NCBI GenBank assembly: GCA_964035545.1
Contig: OZ037768.1
Span: 20,753,700-20,817,699 of the forward strand
Source of the DNA: Bugula neritina
Taxonomy: Eukaryota; Animalia; Bryozoa
Length of the DNA: 64,000 nucleotides
Reading direction: 5' to 3'
Shown here one piece after another: positions 38,664 to 50,800 of this stretch. A program made the translations under genes and the position numbers. The notes under the pieces were generated by a model. That model was given only the letters and a program-made list of their open reading frames with translations. It did no database searches and was not told the DNA's origin. Positions within the stretch are counted from its first letter, which is position 1. Each line of letters begins with the position of its first letter.

Positions 38664-40962
38664 GTTATTATAGTGCAGTAGGAAAGACAACTCTAGATAC
38701 TGTTCAACAAAAATAATTTACACGACATTACACAGCATACTCATTCTTTCACATATAATCAAGCATTATGGACAGCTGTTGCTATACTTTCCGTAGGAGA
38801 TCACTTCTTACTTTTACGACATCAAGCTGCGTGAAAGAATTTATAGTTTGAGACAGAATATTGTATATCCATAATTTGGACCTTACCGTAAGTCTTATAT
38901 AGGCACTGTCTATCTTTATAGGCCGTTTCCTTTTATTATTAAGATGGATAAAACTTATACTGAATATTATCACAAGTATTGTAATAGTTAATTGTTTGGC
39001 TTACATGAGTTTTGAAAAAGATATGACTTATTAGCAAGCCTAAAGACTCATAGTTGTTAGATATTCTGGCCATAGATGCTGGTTGGTAGATTTTATTTTT
39101 ACTTCATATTATGACATCCAACTAGTAATTTGTAGTTGCAGCAGGTTAAATGTTATAAACATGCTATCACATTCTTATTCCTTGAAAAGTTTTATTTAAA
39201 AAATTAAACATTAATTTTCGCATAACCTAGCAAAGGCAGACACATTTGCAAAAATTTACTTCATACTCCAAACAAAATTATCCATATTATTGTTCTAGTA
39301 TAATATTTCAAACGCATATCATTATGCTGATTAGCTGGCAACTCATTTAACACTAAGATGTATGTACTAGTGCTTATAAATTTATTTATTGTGCAATATA
39401 GTTTTAGGCATATCTATATTAATATGTTAGTACAATTTAAACATTCATGCAGTGAATTAACACAAATTAATGCTTATTACAATAATAAAATGCATTATAT
39501 AATAGATCATGTGTCATATCACTAATACTGGTTATGTTTTTCAACTTTAATGTAACTTGCAGTAGAAAGGCTGCAAGTTAACTTTTTGTTATTATACTAT
39601 ATTATATAAATTAATGCTAATAATGTTGAGTAGTCCAGGAAATATACTGTGCATTGTGGTGAAAAATAGGTTATATTTATTCACCTACCTGCTGGTCGGG
39701 TAGAAAACATTATAAATCTTAAGCAGCTATTAACAATTTGTAATTATTTATTGATTATAGCCTTCAGTAAATCAGAGTGTAATGTGCAGTTTTTGCTTGT
39801 TTTCAGTGTTGTATCGCCTGGTACCTTCTCCATATTATGTTTTTTATTTACAAATATAGAATATGTAAAAATATGCTGCCTGTTGATACAGATTTAGTAA
39901 TGCGTTCAAACTAAATAGCTTATGAAAAAAAACAGTTTTGTGTGTGCTGAAAGTAACAAACAAAATTACTTTTACCGTCTTACTAACTGCCTTTATAGTA
40001 TTATACTTATACATATTATGTTACACAGGTAGGAGCTGATTGTATACAGTCTGAATTTTTTGCAACGATTCTGTATCATCAAAAACCAGTTCAAATAATT
40101 ATAGATTAAATTAGCTTGAGGCTTGAGATTTACAAAATGAAGAATATATGAAATTGAAAATCTTTACAGAGCACAGTTGCTTGTGAACGAATGAATAATT
40201 AAGTAAACAAACAAACAAATAAAATACTATTTTAAGTAACTCACATAAATAATCAAAACTGTGTAGTCTATACATAAAATCTTGGCTACTCAAGCACTCT
40301 TTAACACATCATTTCAGTTTAGATTCTTCTTTGACTTAGTAGGTGTTAGGTCATTGGTTCAACTCCTAGCTCCTTCAAAACGTCTTTACTGGGTGGGGTG
40401 CCAACAACTATGAAAACTTCCAACAGTGCGTAGTATATTGACTTAGTAAGATACTCAAGCTACTAAAAGCCAAAATTCTTTAAATTATTGCGTTTGCACA
40501 ATAGAGTAAATACACATATGGGTTCACTCTATTTCCTCCATGCACATCATTGAATAGGAGAGCGAGAGTATCTATTTTGGAGCTATTTGCTTTTATGTTT
40601 ATGTTATCTTTTGCAGTAGCTACAACCACCTCATTAAAAAACTCTTAATGTCAGGTGTAAGGCTAATCGTATTTTTTGATCTGCTTCTACTCCACCATAT
40701 ATCATATATTATTTTAGTAAGAACTTAGCTCTTGATGCTGTTGACATAAAAATGTAAATTAAATGATAAAAGCTTGCATAAAAGTTAATAAAGAAATTAC
40801 CATAATATTTTAAAACATGTCAGGTTATAATAGTCGAAGGATAACTAAGTTGGAAATTTCTTCTACTAAAGTTCATGAAGAATAAATTATAAAATATTAT
40901 ATTGAAGGTTGCATTATTGCTCGGATTTTCCAAACAAAAATACACTCGCTGAAAAAATAGGT

Positions 40963-40980
40963 CGCCGGAAACGCCGGAAA
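40963..40980 (+). promoter_or_regulatory. Tandem CGCCGGAAA (ETS/GABP-like) motif, candidate promoter upstream of RAPGEF
   Basis: Two adjacent CGCCGGAAA copies in an otherwise CpG-poor, very AT-rich context, ~3.9 kb upstream of the first coding exon. A candidate non-coding exon donor (GTAAGT) lies at ~43040. Confidence 0.35.
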
Positions 40981-41254
40981 CTGTTTAACGCCATGATTGC
41001 TTCAAATAAAATACAATTGCAATACTAAATCTAATAGTAATAGTTATAGTGATAGTAAATGATTTCAATTTGGGAAACTTATAATTGTTGAAGAAAAAAA
41101 ATGTAAGTGCCAGTTTATTAATTATGTGCAATAGTTTTTTTTAATAATATGCCCTTTTGCTTGCAACGTTTATTCAAAGTCTGTTTCAACTTGAACTTCA
41201 ACTTTAACTCAAACTGTTTTAGTTTAAGTTCAAGTTCACTGTTCATGTTCCTAA

Positions 41255-41360
41255 AACTAAAAGAAAAATATAAACTAGAAGATGTAAAGTAAAAACTAAA
41301 ATCAAAAACTAGAAGATGTAAAGTAAAAACTAAAATCAAAAACTAGAAGTAAAGCTAAAA
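41255..41360. repeat. ~34-bp A-rich tandem repeat, 2-3 copies
   Basis: AAACTAGAAGATGTAAAGTAAAAACTAAAATCAA repeated. Confidence 0.8.
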
Positions 41361-44300
41361 GCAAAACACTCACAGTCACAGTGAGATTAAATCAGTTTCG
41401 GATTGAGATTGAATTTCTATTTAAATTTCTAGCCTCAGCATGAGCATAGTCATACGCCTAAGACTGATAAGGCTAAGCATTTGGCTTTGCCTTTGGGTTA
41501 TGTCTATGACACTGGGTCTGGCACTCACACTGACAGTTATTAATATTATAAAATGAAAATAATCATTATACGCATAAATTTAAAATGATAAATCCCAGAT
41601 CCAAGTATTAGTGTAACTACAAGTATAAGTATTACTATTAGTATTACTATTATTGTTACTGTTACTGTTACTGCCTATTGGTATAAGACTATAACTCTAA
41701 GTTCATAAGTAATTGTAAGATTTAGTACTAACTGTATAAATTACTCTAACTATTAGTATAATTATGAGAAAGTTATACTTATAAGTATAATTTATAACTA
41801 TAAGTGTAGCTTATACTAATAGTAATACTTATAGTTATACTATACGTATTACTATTAGTATAAGTGTAACTTATACTAATAGTAATACTTATAGTTATAC
41901 TATAAGATATAAGTACTACTAATTAAAATTAAAATGATCATGTTGATGATGGGAATTCAAATACCAATACTCAAATAGTAATAGTAATAATAATGATAGT
42001 AGTTGCTACTATTAGTATTATCATCATGATCATTTGAACTTAATTGATTGTCTGAATCCTCACCTAATCCTATCGTAAACCTCTTTGCTCTGTTCTCTAG
42101 CAGGCATTGATAGTCTAAATCATTAAGATTATAATCATTTTCATAATGATATTGAATATGAATGAATTTAATCATTATATTTATAGTAATATTATTAAAT
42201 GATTTAAGGATATTATTATTATCAATATCATTATAAAAATCAAAAATAATGTAGTTATAAGTATATAGTTATATCATTCAACTTGAAAGTTGTTAAATGT
42301 GAAATTAAAATACAAGAAGTATAACAATAGTTGGTATATTTATAATGCTATTATTGTTGTTCTAAAACTGAAGCATTACTATTACTATAACTATTATTAA
42401 TAGTAATAGCAGTGCTTGAGGCTATAGTGTTAATAACAAGTTTATGAGTTTATGTGCTAGTTATATTTAAATTTATTAATATTTATATTACTGATACACC
42501 TAGCCTAATACTTATAGTAACACTATCAGTATCACTCTGGCTATTATTATGACTATAGTCATGGTCATAATGATAAAAAAAGTTAAAATAAAAAAGCTTA
42601 ATCTAAATCTACGTTTACTGTGTTAAATTGTATTTAACTTCAATTTCACTTATAAACATAATTGTTCAACAGCAATTTTCTGATCCCATTGCTATTACTA
42701 TTGATAGATATAGTGATAATCACACTCACAGTAATTAGATTTAATCTCCACAGTAGTAATCATTGTCATTATGATCATTTTTGTGATGGTCATGGTTACT
42801 AAATTTTGCTTTGAACTGATACATGATGAGCATTACATTATGAGTATAAAAATTTCCTACTCTATGAGCAGATTTAGTTATACCTTATTACTTTTTGGGA
42901 AGAATCTGAGAATAAGGCTCTCAGTGGTACTCAGTTTTTATATTTCATTTCAATGATTATGCATTACAGGGCTTTATCAAAACTATATTGCTGTTTCTTA
43001 TTTTACTGGCGTTTCGTTAGAGCTTTAGTATATCCTCAGAGTAAGTAAATGCATGAAACTAGTTGAAAAATAACCCCTGCTATTTTAACTAGTTTTGTGT
43101 TTAGTTTAAAACAAATTATTATTATATATTAAAACACCTTTAGTAGTTTTACCTAAGTAATAAACATTAGAAATTATTTAGGGATGTCATGACCAATGTC
43201 CTCATTCCAATAGTAGATTGTGAAAAAACTCAATATGTTGAAATCCTTGAATTGTATTTTTTGAACTATTTAGTAATATTTGTAGAAAATGTATTCTATT
43301 TTTGTGAGTGCATAGCTCATGGTTTTCTTAGGTTTCTGCATTAATTTTTATTGTAAATTTTACTTTTTGCTGTTTTTTAAACAAAATGACTGTGCTCATG
43401 GAAATTACGAACTTTGTGAAGCTTCAATAATGCTACTTCAATCTACTTAGGTTGTGTAATATATGCAATTGTTTGAAAACCTGTTTTAAAACGAGCACAC
43501 AAAATCAAATGCATTATTGCAATGCTAGCTATAATATCATGCCAAATTTGTACATTAAATGGTCTCTTTTTCTTAAATATTTATATGGATAATATTCTGC
43601 TTAGTTTCTAGTCATTAATATTCAAAGAATCAACTTATGGTAATCATAATTATTTATAATGGGAAAAAGCTTAGTTTTTTATTAATAATAAAAACAAACT
43701 CTCTATGGCAAACCAATAAGCCAGGTAAATTCCTTACCAATATTATGATAATTTTTACTTCCAATGATTGCAGTTAGTTTGCTTTATTTTTTCAATTGAT
43801 GTTTCAAGCTATTTTATGTGTTGATGTTGCATCGTATAAGGTATAAAATATATCTAACTCCGTATTCTATAATCACAATGATTTTTTGTTGATAATTGAT
43901 AATGATTTTAACAGTTATGGTTATTCAATGTGTATGAATATTAAATACTTAAAATATAAGCTTATCATATGTAGTTATGCTAACTTCGCCACACCTACAT
44001 GAAATAACACTAACATACCTTAATAACTAATCTGTACATTCACAGTCAACAGTGGTTATATTTACGTGCACGTATTTCACCAACTGTCACGTTGACCCTG
44101 ACCTTGATAACAATGATTAACCTTGTCATCGTTTTTAAAGTGATGCTCCGAATTTAAGCACTCAAATTCTATGAAATACCTGCTTCATTTCTTCTATTTT
44201 TAAAAGGAGGTTTAATTTTGAAGTAATTTTAATGCTTAGATTTTAATTCTTAGGTTATTTGCGTATGTCTTTATTAAACCACATGTTTTAGTTTTGTGGA

Positions 44301-44867
44301 TAAAGTGTATATATCGTATTGCATTAACAGCAAGTTATAAGATTTATTTTTGTAATTTTTTGAAAACATTCATTGACTTCTGTGGTGGTTGTGGTATTTG
44401 CACTAACTTTACTGTTACTCCTTGCAATCACCTCCGCTTATTAACTAGTGATAACTTTAGGCTGAGTCATAGCCAATCAACAGTTGGTTATTTAAAGTTG
44501 ATTCTCCACCTTAAGCTAATGTATATTAAGTTGGCACTGTCTTGAGATAATGCTTTCTCCATAGAAATAAATGGCAGCTAATATAGCATATGGTCGTAAG
44601 TAGTATTATTTTATTTTGTAAACCTTGGAGTAGTCTTCCTTTTCAGTGATTTAGTGGCCCTGTTCGCTGAAGCTTGCCATTTTTATTTTTATTTTACTTT
44701 TCTGCACCACTTATCGAGAGCTCATAGTATCGACCGATGGTCATTTCTCTTTTTGTTCAACCTCTGAGGTGTGATTTAGAGTTCAAAATGTTGCCTAAAG
44801 TGTATGCTCTGTTGTTTCTAGCTTTGGATGCAGTCACCTTCAACTCTTCTTAAGATGTTAGGATAGA

Positions 44868-47800
44868 ATGGACAGAAGATTGGTGTACAGTCTGCAAAAA
44901 CTGCCAGCTGAAAGATCTCAACAGGTGACCCTCTCTAGACCTGTCCCCATATTCATGTTTCAAAGCTGCTTGTTTTTTGTTTGTGGGAATCACTCTTGAG
45001 ACGTGTTAAACTTTAAAGTATTCTTCTTTTAAAATGAGGTTCTAATGTTGTCATAGCTGCAGTTGTAAGCAGTAACTGAAGTTTACCAATAGACTGAGTA
45101 TTTCCCAAGTGTATGTGAGAATAAAGCTAGGTTGCTGTATAAAGTTAAGTTTTACTGCTATCTATAGGTATAACAGCATACTTTGAGAAAATTAGTCAAA
45201 ACCTACTAATTTCGCTTTTTCGATTTTATTTGTAATCAAAAATAAATATTTCAGTTTTGACCAGCAAATGGTCAACTGAAGAGTCTATTTTAGCACAGCA
45301 TCTGAACATGCTAACACTTCTTTTCTGATAGTCGAACACTGTCTAAACTTGTACTTTAAGTTAGAGTCAACAAGTATGTCTATAAAATACAATTCCTGAA
45401 TTGCTATCAGTGCAAAACAATCATATTGGAAGTTGTCTACCCTTTATTACATTGCTGTTAAACAATTTGCCCCTACCACTATAGTGTGTGGGTCATTACC
45501 GAAGAGAAATGGCCAGAATCCAAAATCAACCGGATTTTTAGCGATTTTGCAGCAGCTAAAATTAGTGCGCCTCGAGTATTGGGTATGCATGAGTCATAGC
45601 TGCTGAGCACGTGCAGTACCAGTGCCACTTATACTGCACGTGCGGCTGTGATAACTGCTTACCTAACAGTCTTTCGTAACAAATTCAGATTATTGTTGTA
45701 GTTGTCTTTTCCTATACTAGATTCCCCTGTCAGTTGAACTAGGATAGAGCTAGTTTTTCCATCAATTCGTTTTCAAACAGGATGTAAGTCTGAATGTAAA
45801 AATAACCGAAAAAATTGAATTACATGTATTTTATACTTCAGCAGTTTAGGTGATAATTCAATTGACTTTAGAGTTAAAACCTTGTAAGTGCCCTGTGTGC
45901 TGGTGAAAGTGACTGCATAGTTTATAGCTGTTAAAATACTTCATAATTGAAAAGTATGTAGAACACACTTATTATAGATTATAGTTATGTCTATTAATTG
46001 TCTTCTCTCCACTAGATCCAAAAACTATTATATGCAGTCTTGGAGTAGTGAACTTATTCTCCTTCTTTCTTGCTTTTGGTTTCTTTGGCAATCAGTCACG
46101 GCAGTCACCCTGCAGCTGACGCACTAGTGTCATAAATCAGCTTACATAACTGTGCACTTGCAAGTCTATCCAGGCGAGGTCTTCACTCTCTCGTGCTAAT
46201 GGAAGTGTATAATAACTGTAGAGGTCAATCAACTTCGATCTAGTGGTCAGTGGACCAGCTTTCAATGTTATTATATACATGCTATTGAAAGGGCACTAAT
46301 ACAAATGCACACATGGTATGACAGTGTCGTATTGTGAGTGGAATACGTGTTGTATGCTGTAATTAGATTGCTAAGTTGTGTTACCAAGCAATATTGGCAG
46401 TGTATCTTCACTACAACTCCCTATGCTGTTATTAGTTGAGCCAGCTGCAGGCACCACTGCATGCATAACATGTACAGTTGATATTGATTTATCCACTCTC
46501 CTATAAATATAGCCAGTGTGAATTATAACATTCTGCAGCCTGCTGTTATATCACATTGCTAGTGAATGCATCACACGCTTGCACGACTGCATGCACCATT
46601 TCACTCGGCTGTGCTAGTTTATACGGACTACTATACACACGCACACCTTGGTCTACTCCACTGGCTATCTTCCTATCTAGTGTAAGATCTATTCTGTTAT
46701 ATATTGAGGGGGTGTCAGTAAGTGCAGAGAAGCTATACTTTAGAACTCCTAGCTCATTTGTGCCAACTCTTTGTTTTTAGTGTTTGGATCTTTTTCAATT
46801 CAGTAATTGAATTTTTTTATTTCCTAAAGTTCGGCTTGGGGTCAAGAGAGTGATTGGTTATAGAATTAATAGCGTTGGGTTGTCGCTGTATAGTGTATAT
46901 CATGATTAAGTTATCTATGTAGTCTCTATCAACTATACTTGAGAGTTATATAGATCTGCAAGCTAATCTGCTAACTACTTGTACTCAGTATAAAGACTCT
47001 CATTCTAATCTTATGACGAAATGCAGAGGTCTATCAGTGCAGTATTGTTCCTAGCGATTATGTAACCTAATAGTTGTGTTTACATAATGTCATTTGATAG
47101 GCATTTCATAATCTATTCTTTTGTTCTAGCTGCTGCAGCATAACGTCATATTAGACACTGATTTGTACAACTAGTAGTAGTTTGATCTTACTTTGTTCAA
47201 TTCTAGATTTTTTCAATGGACTTCATTCCAAAAAAGTTAACAACTTTTCGTACGTGTTTTCTAAATGAAATGCAGCTCGCAAGGCCTGGTTTCTGTTTGG
47301 TTGTGTAAAATCCTGCTTTATTTCTAGCAATGGCTGCATACGTACTTTACGTGCTATAGGGGTTGAGTTACATGTGACAAGGTCTTGGAAAGTGTTGTTT
47401 AATGATTTTTAAAAATTATTCCATTCAGCTGTATATAAAAAGTTTATGTAACTCTAATTACTAAGAAGCTCTTTGTAAAGTTGCCAAGATATGCTTGTAA
47501 ATTGAGCCTGGGGTTTATTTATAGAGTAAATTTGTATGGGTCTGTACCACCATTATGATTACTAGAGCACCACCAGGAACTAATAATAATAATAATAGTA
47601 CTACTATTATTTATTATAACATAAAATGAGTGGTTGTCTCCACTCACCTACACTACAATAAATATACTTCACCAAAAAGACTATCTTACACATATCATAT
47701 GCAGTAGAGGTATAACAATGTCTCATTATATAACTATTCATGTATCTACAGTTGTATTACTAACCATGTATATACTAACCACGCATGTTACTGGTCGTAT

Positions 47801-50800
47801 AACAATGTTGTGTATTGCTGATGGTATTACATTGTGCGTTACAGGATCTCCAGTTCATCTCTCACTATCTCAACACTATCGAAGGACTCAACCATCTCAG
47901 GGAGGTAGCATTGTTGAGGCTGAGTAAAGTGGTTTCCTACGAATACCATGACGGCAGCGCTCTACTCTGGAGGTAAACAAGTGCTGTCTGATGCCAGTGT
48001 AACTGTTTTACTTATTGACTGAGTGAATGGTGGGCCTCATGCTGTCGATCTCATGGGGGTTGTGATACCTCCCACACATTGTGCTGTCACTGCAGCTCTT
48101 CAGCCCGTATTCAATACGAATTGTACTGGTGGTACACGTTATGTTATGCAGTTGTGTCATAGTTAGTAGGAGGCTAACTCACAGCAATACTTCCCTCAGA
48201 GTGTCCATTTTTTGGTTATATTCATACAAAGTGTTAGAGCCATGCATTCTTTTCATTGTAAAGCGTCAGGTCACACTGCTGTGGTTATCCCTGACTGGTA
48301 GTTTCTTCTTTACCTCTGTCAGAGTTGCTAACTTACCTCTACTTATAACTTACCTCTACTTATAACTCACCTCTACATATAACTTACCTCTACATATAAC
48401 TTACATGTATATATTATAACCTACCTGTATATATTATAACTCACCTGTATATAGTATAACCTACCTGTATATATTATAACTTACCTGTATATATTATAAC
48501 CTACCTGTATATATTATAACTCACCTGTATATATTATAACCTACCTGTATGTATTATAACTCACCTGTATATATTATAACCTACCTGTATATATTATAAC
48601 CTACCTGTATATATTATAACCTACCTGTATATATTATAACTTACCTGTATATATTTATAACTTACCTGTATGTACCTGTAGAGAAGGAGATATCGCACGC
48701 TGCTGGTACATCCTACTAACTGGATCAGTATTCATCAACCCCTCCATGTATCTGCCTAGAAAAACGTAAGTTTCTATCTATCTACAATGCATAAGCAACA
48801 CTGGTGTAGGATTAATTGTGTAGTTGTAGTTTCATGGCACAGTGTACAGACAACTCCCACTTCCTTGTTATAAACTCTACTAGTCTATAGGTTCTGATGT
48901 ATAGTCAATTAGTTGTGTCATTGCACTGCAGCAGCTACAGGCTGTGTACCTGCTTCAAAGTAAAGATGCTGTGTCAGCCATTAACTAGCCTTTTCTTCCT
49001 TGACTTGACTTTTTGCTCTGTAAACTTGACTTTCTACATTTTACTGTTGTGTTCCAGTCTTTGTGTTGTGGTGGTGTTGCCTGGGTTTACTGATGAAATT
49101 ACTTAAACTGAGAAATAGTGTACTTTTCATCATGTCAATGGGGTTGAAAGTTCATTCAATGCTTCTAATTTGTTACTTTCTGCAGCAAACACTGTAGTGT
49201 TTCTCATTTTAATGATTTCCTGAGTGGATTATGGGTAATGGGTATTTACTCAATGAAATTCTCCATGTTAACTCTCCTCAAGAACCTGTCAGAGCTGTCA
49301 GTAAATGTGACCCACATAGTGTAGCTACAAGATGTTCAGTTTCTGGTATTTGATAGATCGGAAATGACACATAGCTGTGCATATATTACATCAGTTATGC
49401 ACAGTATATGCAGATTTACTCTCTATCCAGTAGCAAAGTATTGGAAGGGTTAGATTTCAGGCCCACTGCATGGTGTTATTGTTTATCCTAGCTCCAGGCT
49501 CTTTGGCAGCAGTAAACAATTCCTAAGACGGCTCATTTGAGTTTTTTGCTCACTGAAGTTGCCATGTTGCTGTCTAGCACCTGTTCTGTGCTGTCATTGG
49601 TCACAACTACCTGCTTATTGTTGGTGGTGTTGAATTTATGTATTTAGTCTTTACTATCTGTTGGAGCAGATGCAATCACAGCTTCCCCATCATTTTAAGA
49701 CTTTCCTGAAACAGTCTCTGGGAAATTATAAGTAAAATGTGCCAATACAAAGGGGGAGAAAATTATCTTTAAACTTGTTTCAGATGGCTAAACCTCTGAC
49801 CTCTAAATATCAGAACATTTAGTGATTTCTACATTTGATATTATGATTTGAACCTTGGGTGCCTTATACAGCTTGTAATGGTTTTGGTACTGCTGTAAAT
49901 TCCAGTAAAATTTCACCTCATGTTGTATAACTCAGTGCTGTACTTCTATTGAATTATTTCGCTTTGATAGGTGTTAAAATTTTGGTGTTGGGAGAAGTTG
50001 CATAAATAAAAGTTTTGTGACGTTTGAAAGTTTCTCCTAGGATTACAATAGAATACTTCATGTAATTCTTAAAGTTAACCTTGTCAGGGTTAAACTTGCA
50101 TTCGTCAAACCTTGTCGGGTTGGAGCATTGCTGTACCTTCACCTTTAAGATTGCCTTCTAATTATGCATATGAATGAAAAGCGCAATCCTGGAGGCAAGT
50201 TTTAAGCATAATGAAACCCCTTTTGGTTTATGGCCACTTTACACCTCTAAAGGGTTAATGACTCTAAGAGAGATAAAATGCCAGAATATAATGGCCTTTG
50301 CTATGAACATTTAACCTATAATTGGAGCAGAACCTTATAGCATAGTACTATAGCAAATATCATCTCTACATGCAGTCTTCATCAAATATATCCCCCATAT
50401 TGCATGTTTCTACCCTACCACACCCGGAAGTCATCAAATTGTTTAGGACTGAGGGGGAGACGATTTACTCATAGTAATCTGGGATTGATGAGTTAAACCT
50501 CAACAACAGGCACTCTGAGAAATGTGGTGTATTTCACTGTAAAGTTCTCTAAAATGATCATTTTTCAGTCAGCGTTGGTGGTTTTGTTGTCAAGTCAAGA
50601 ACTGCACCCTTTTGCTGCCTCGTATTGTTGATCACCACATCTGGTGTATGTGACGGAGACAAGCTAGTCTACTCCTCAGTCTCTGAACACATGGACTAGT
50701 CTCTACTTGCTGTCAATGAGTCCAGTTTTGTGGTATTTCTTATTGCTTTTTCATACTTGGTTTTTTATAAGCTATAGTGGAGGTCTGTTGCCAAAACCTG

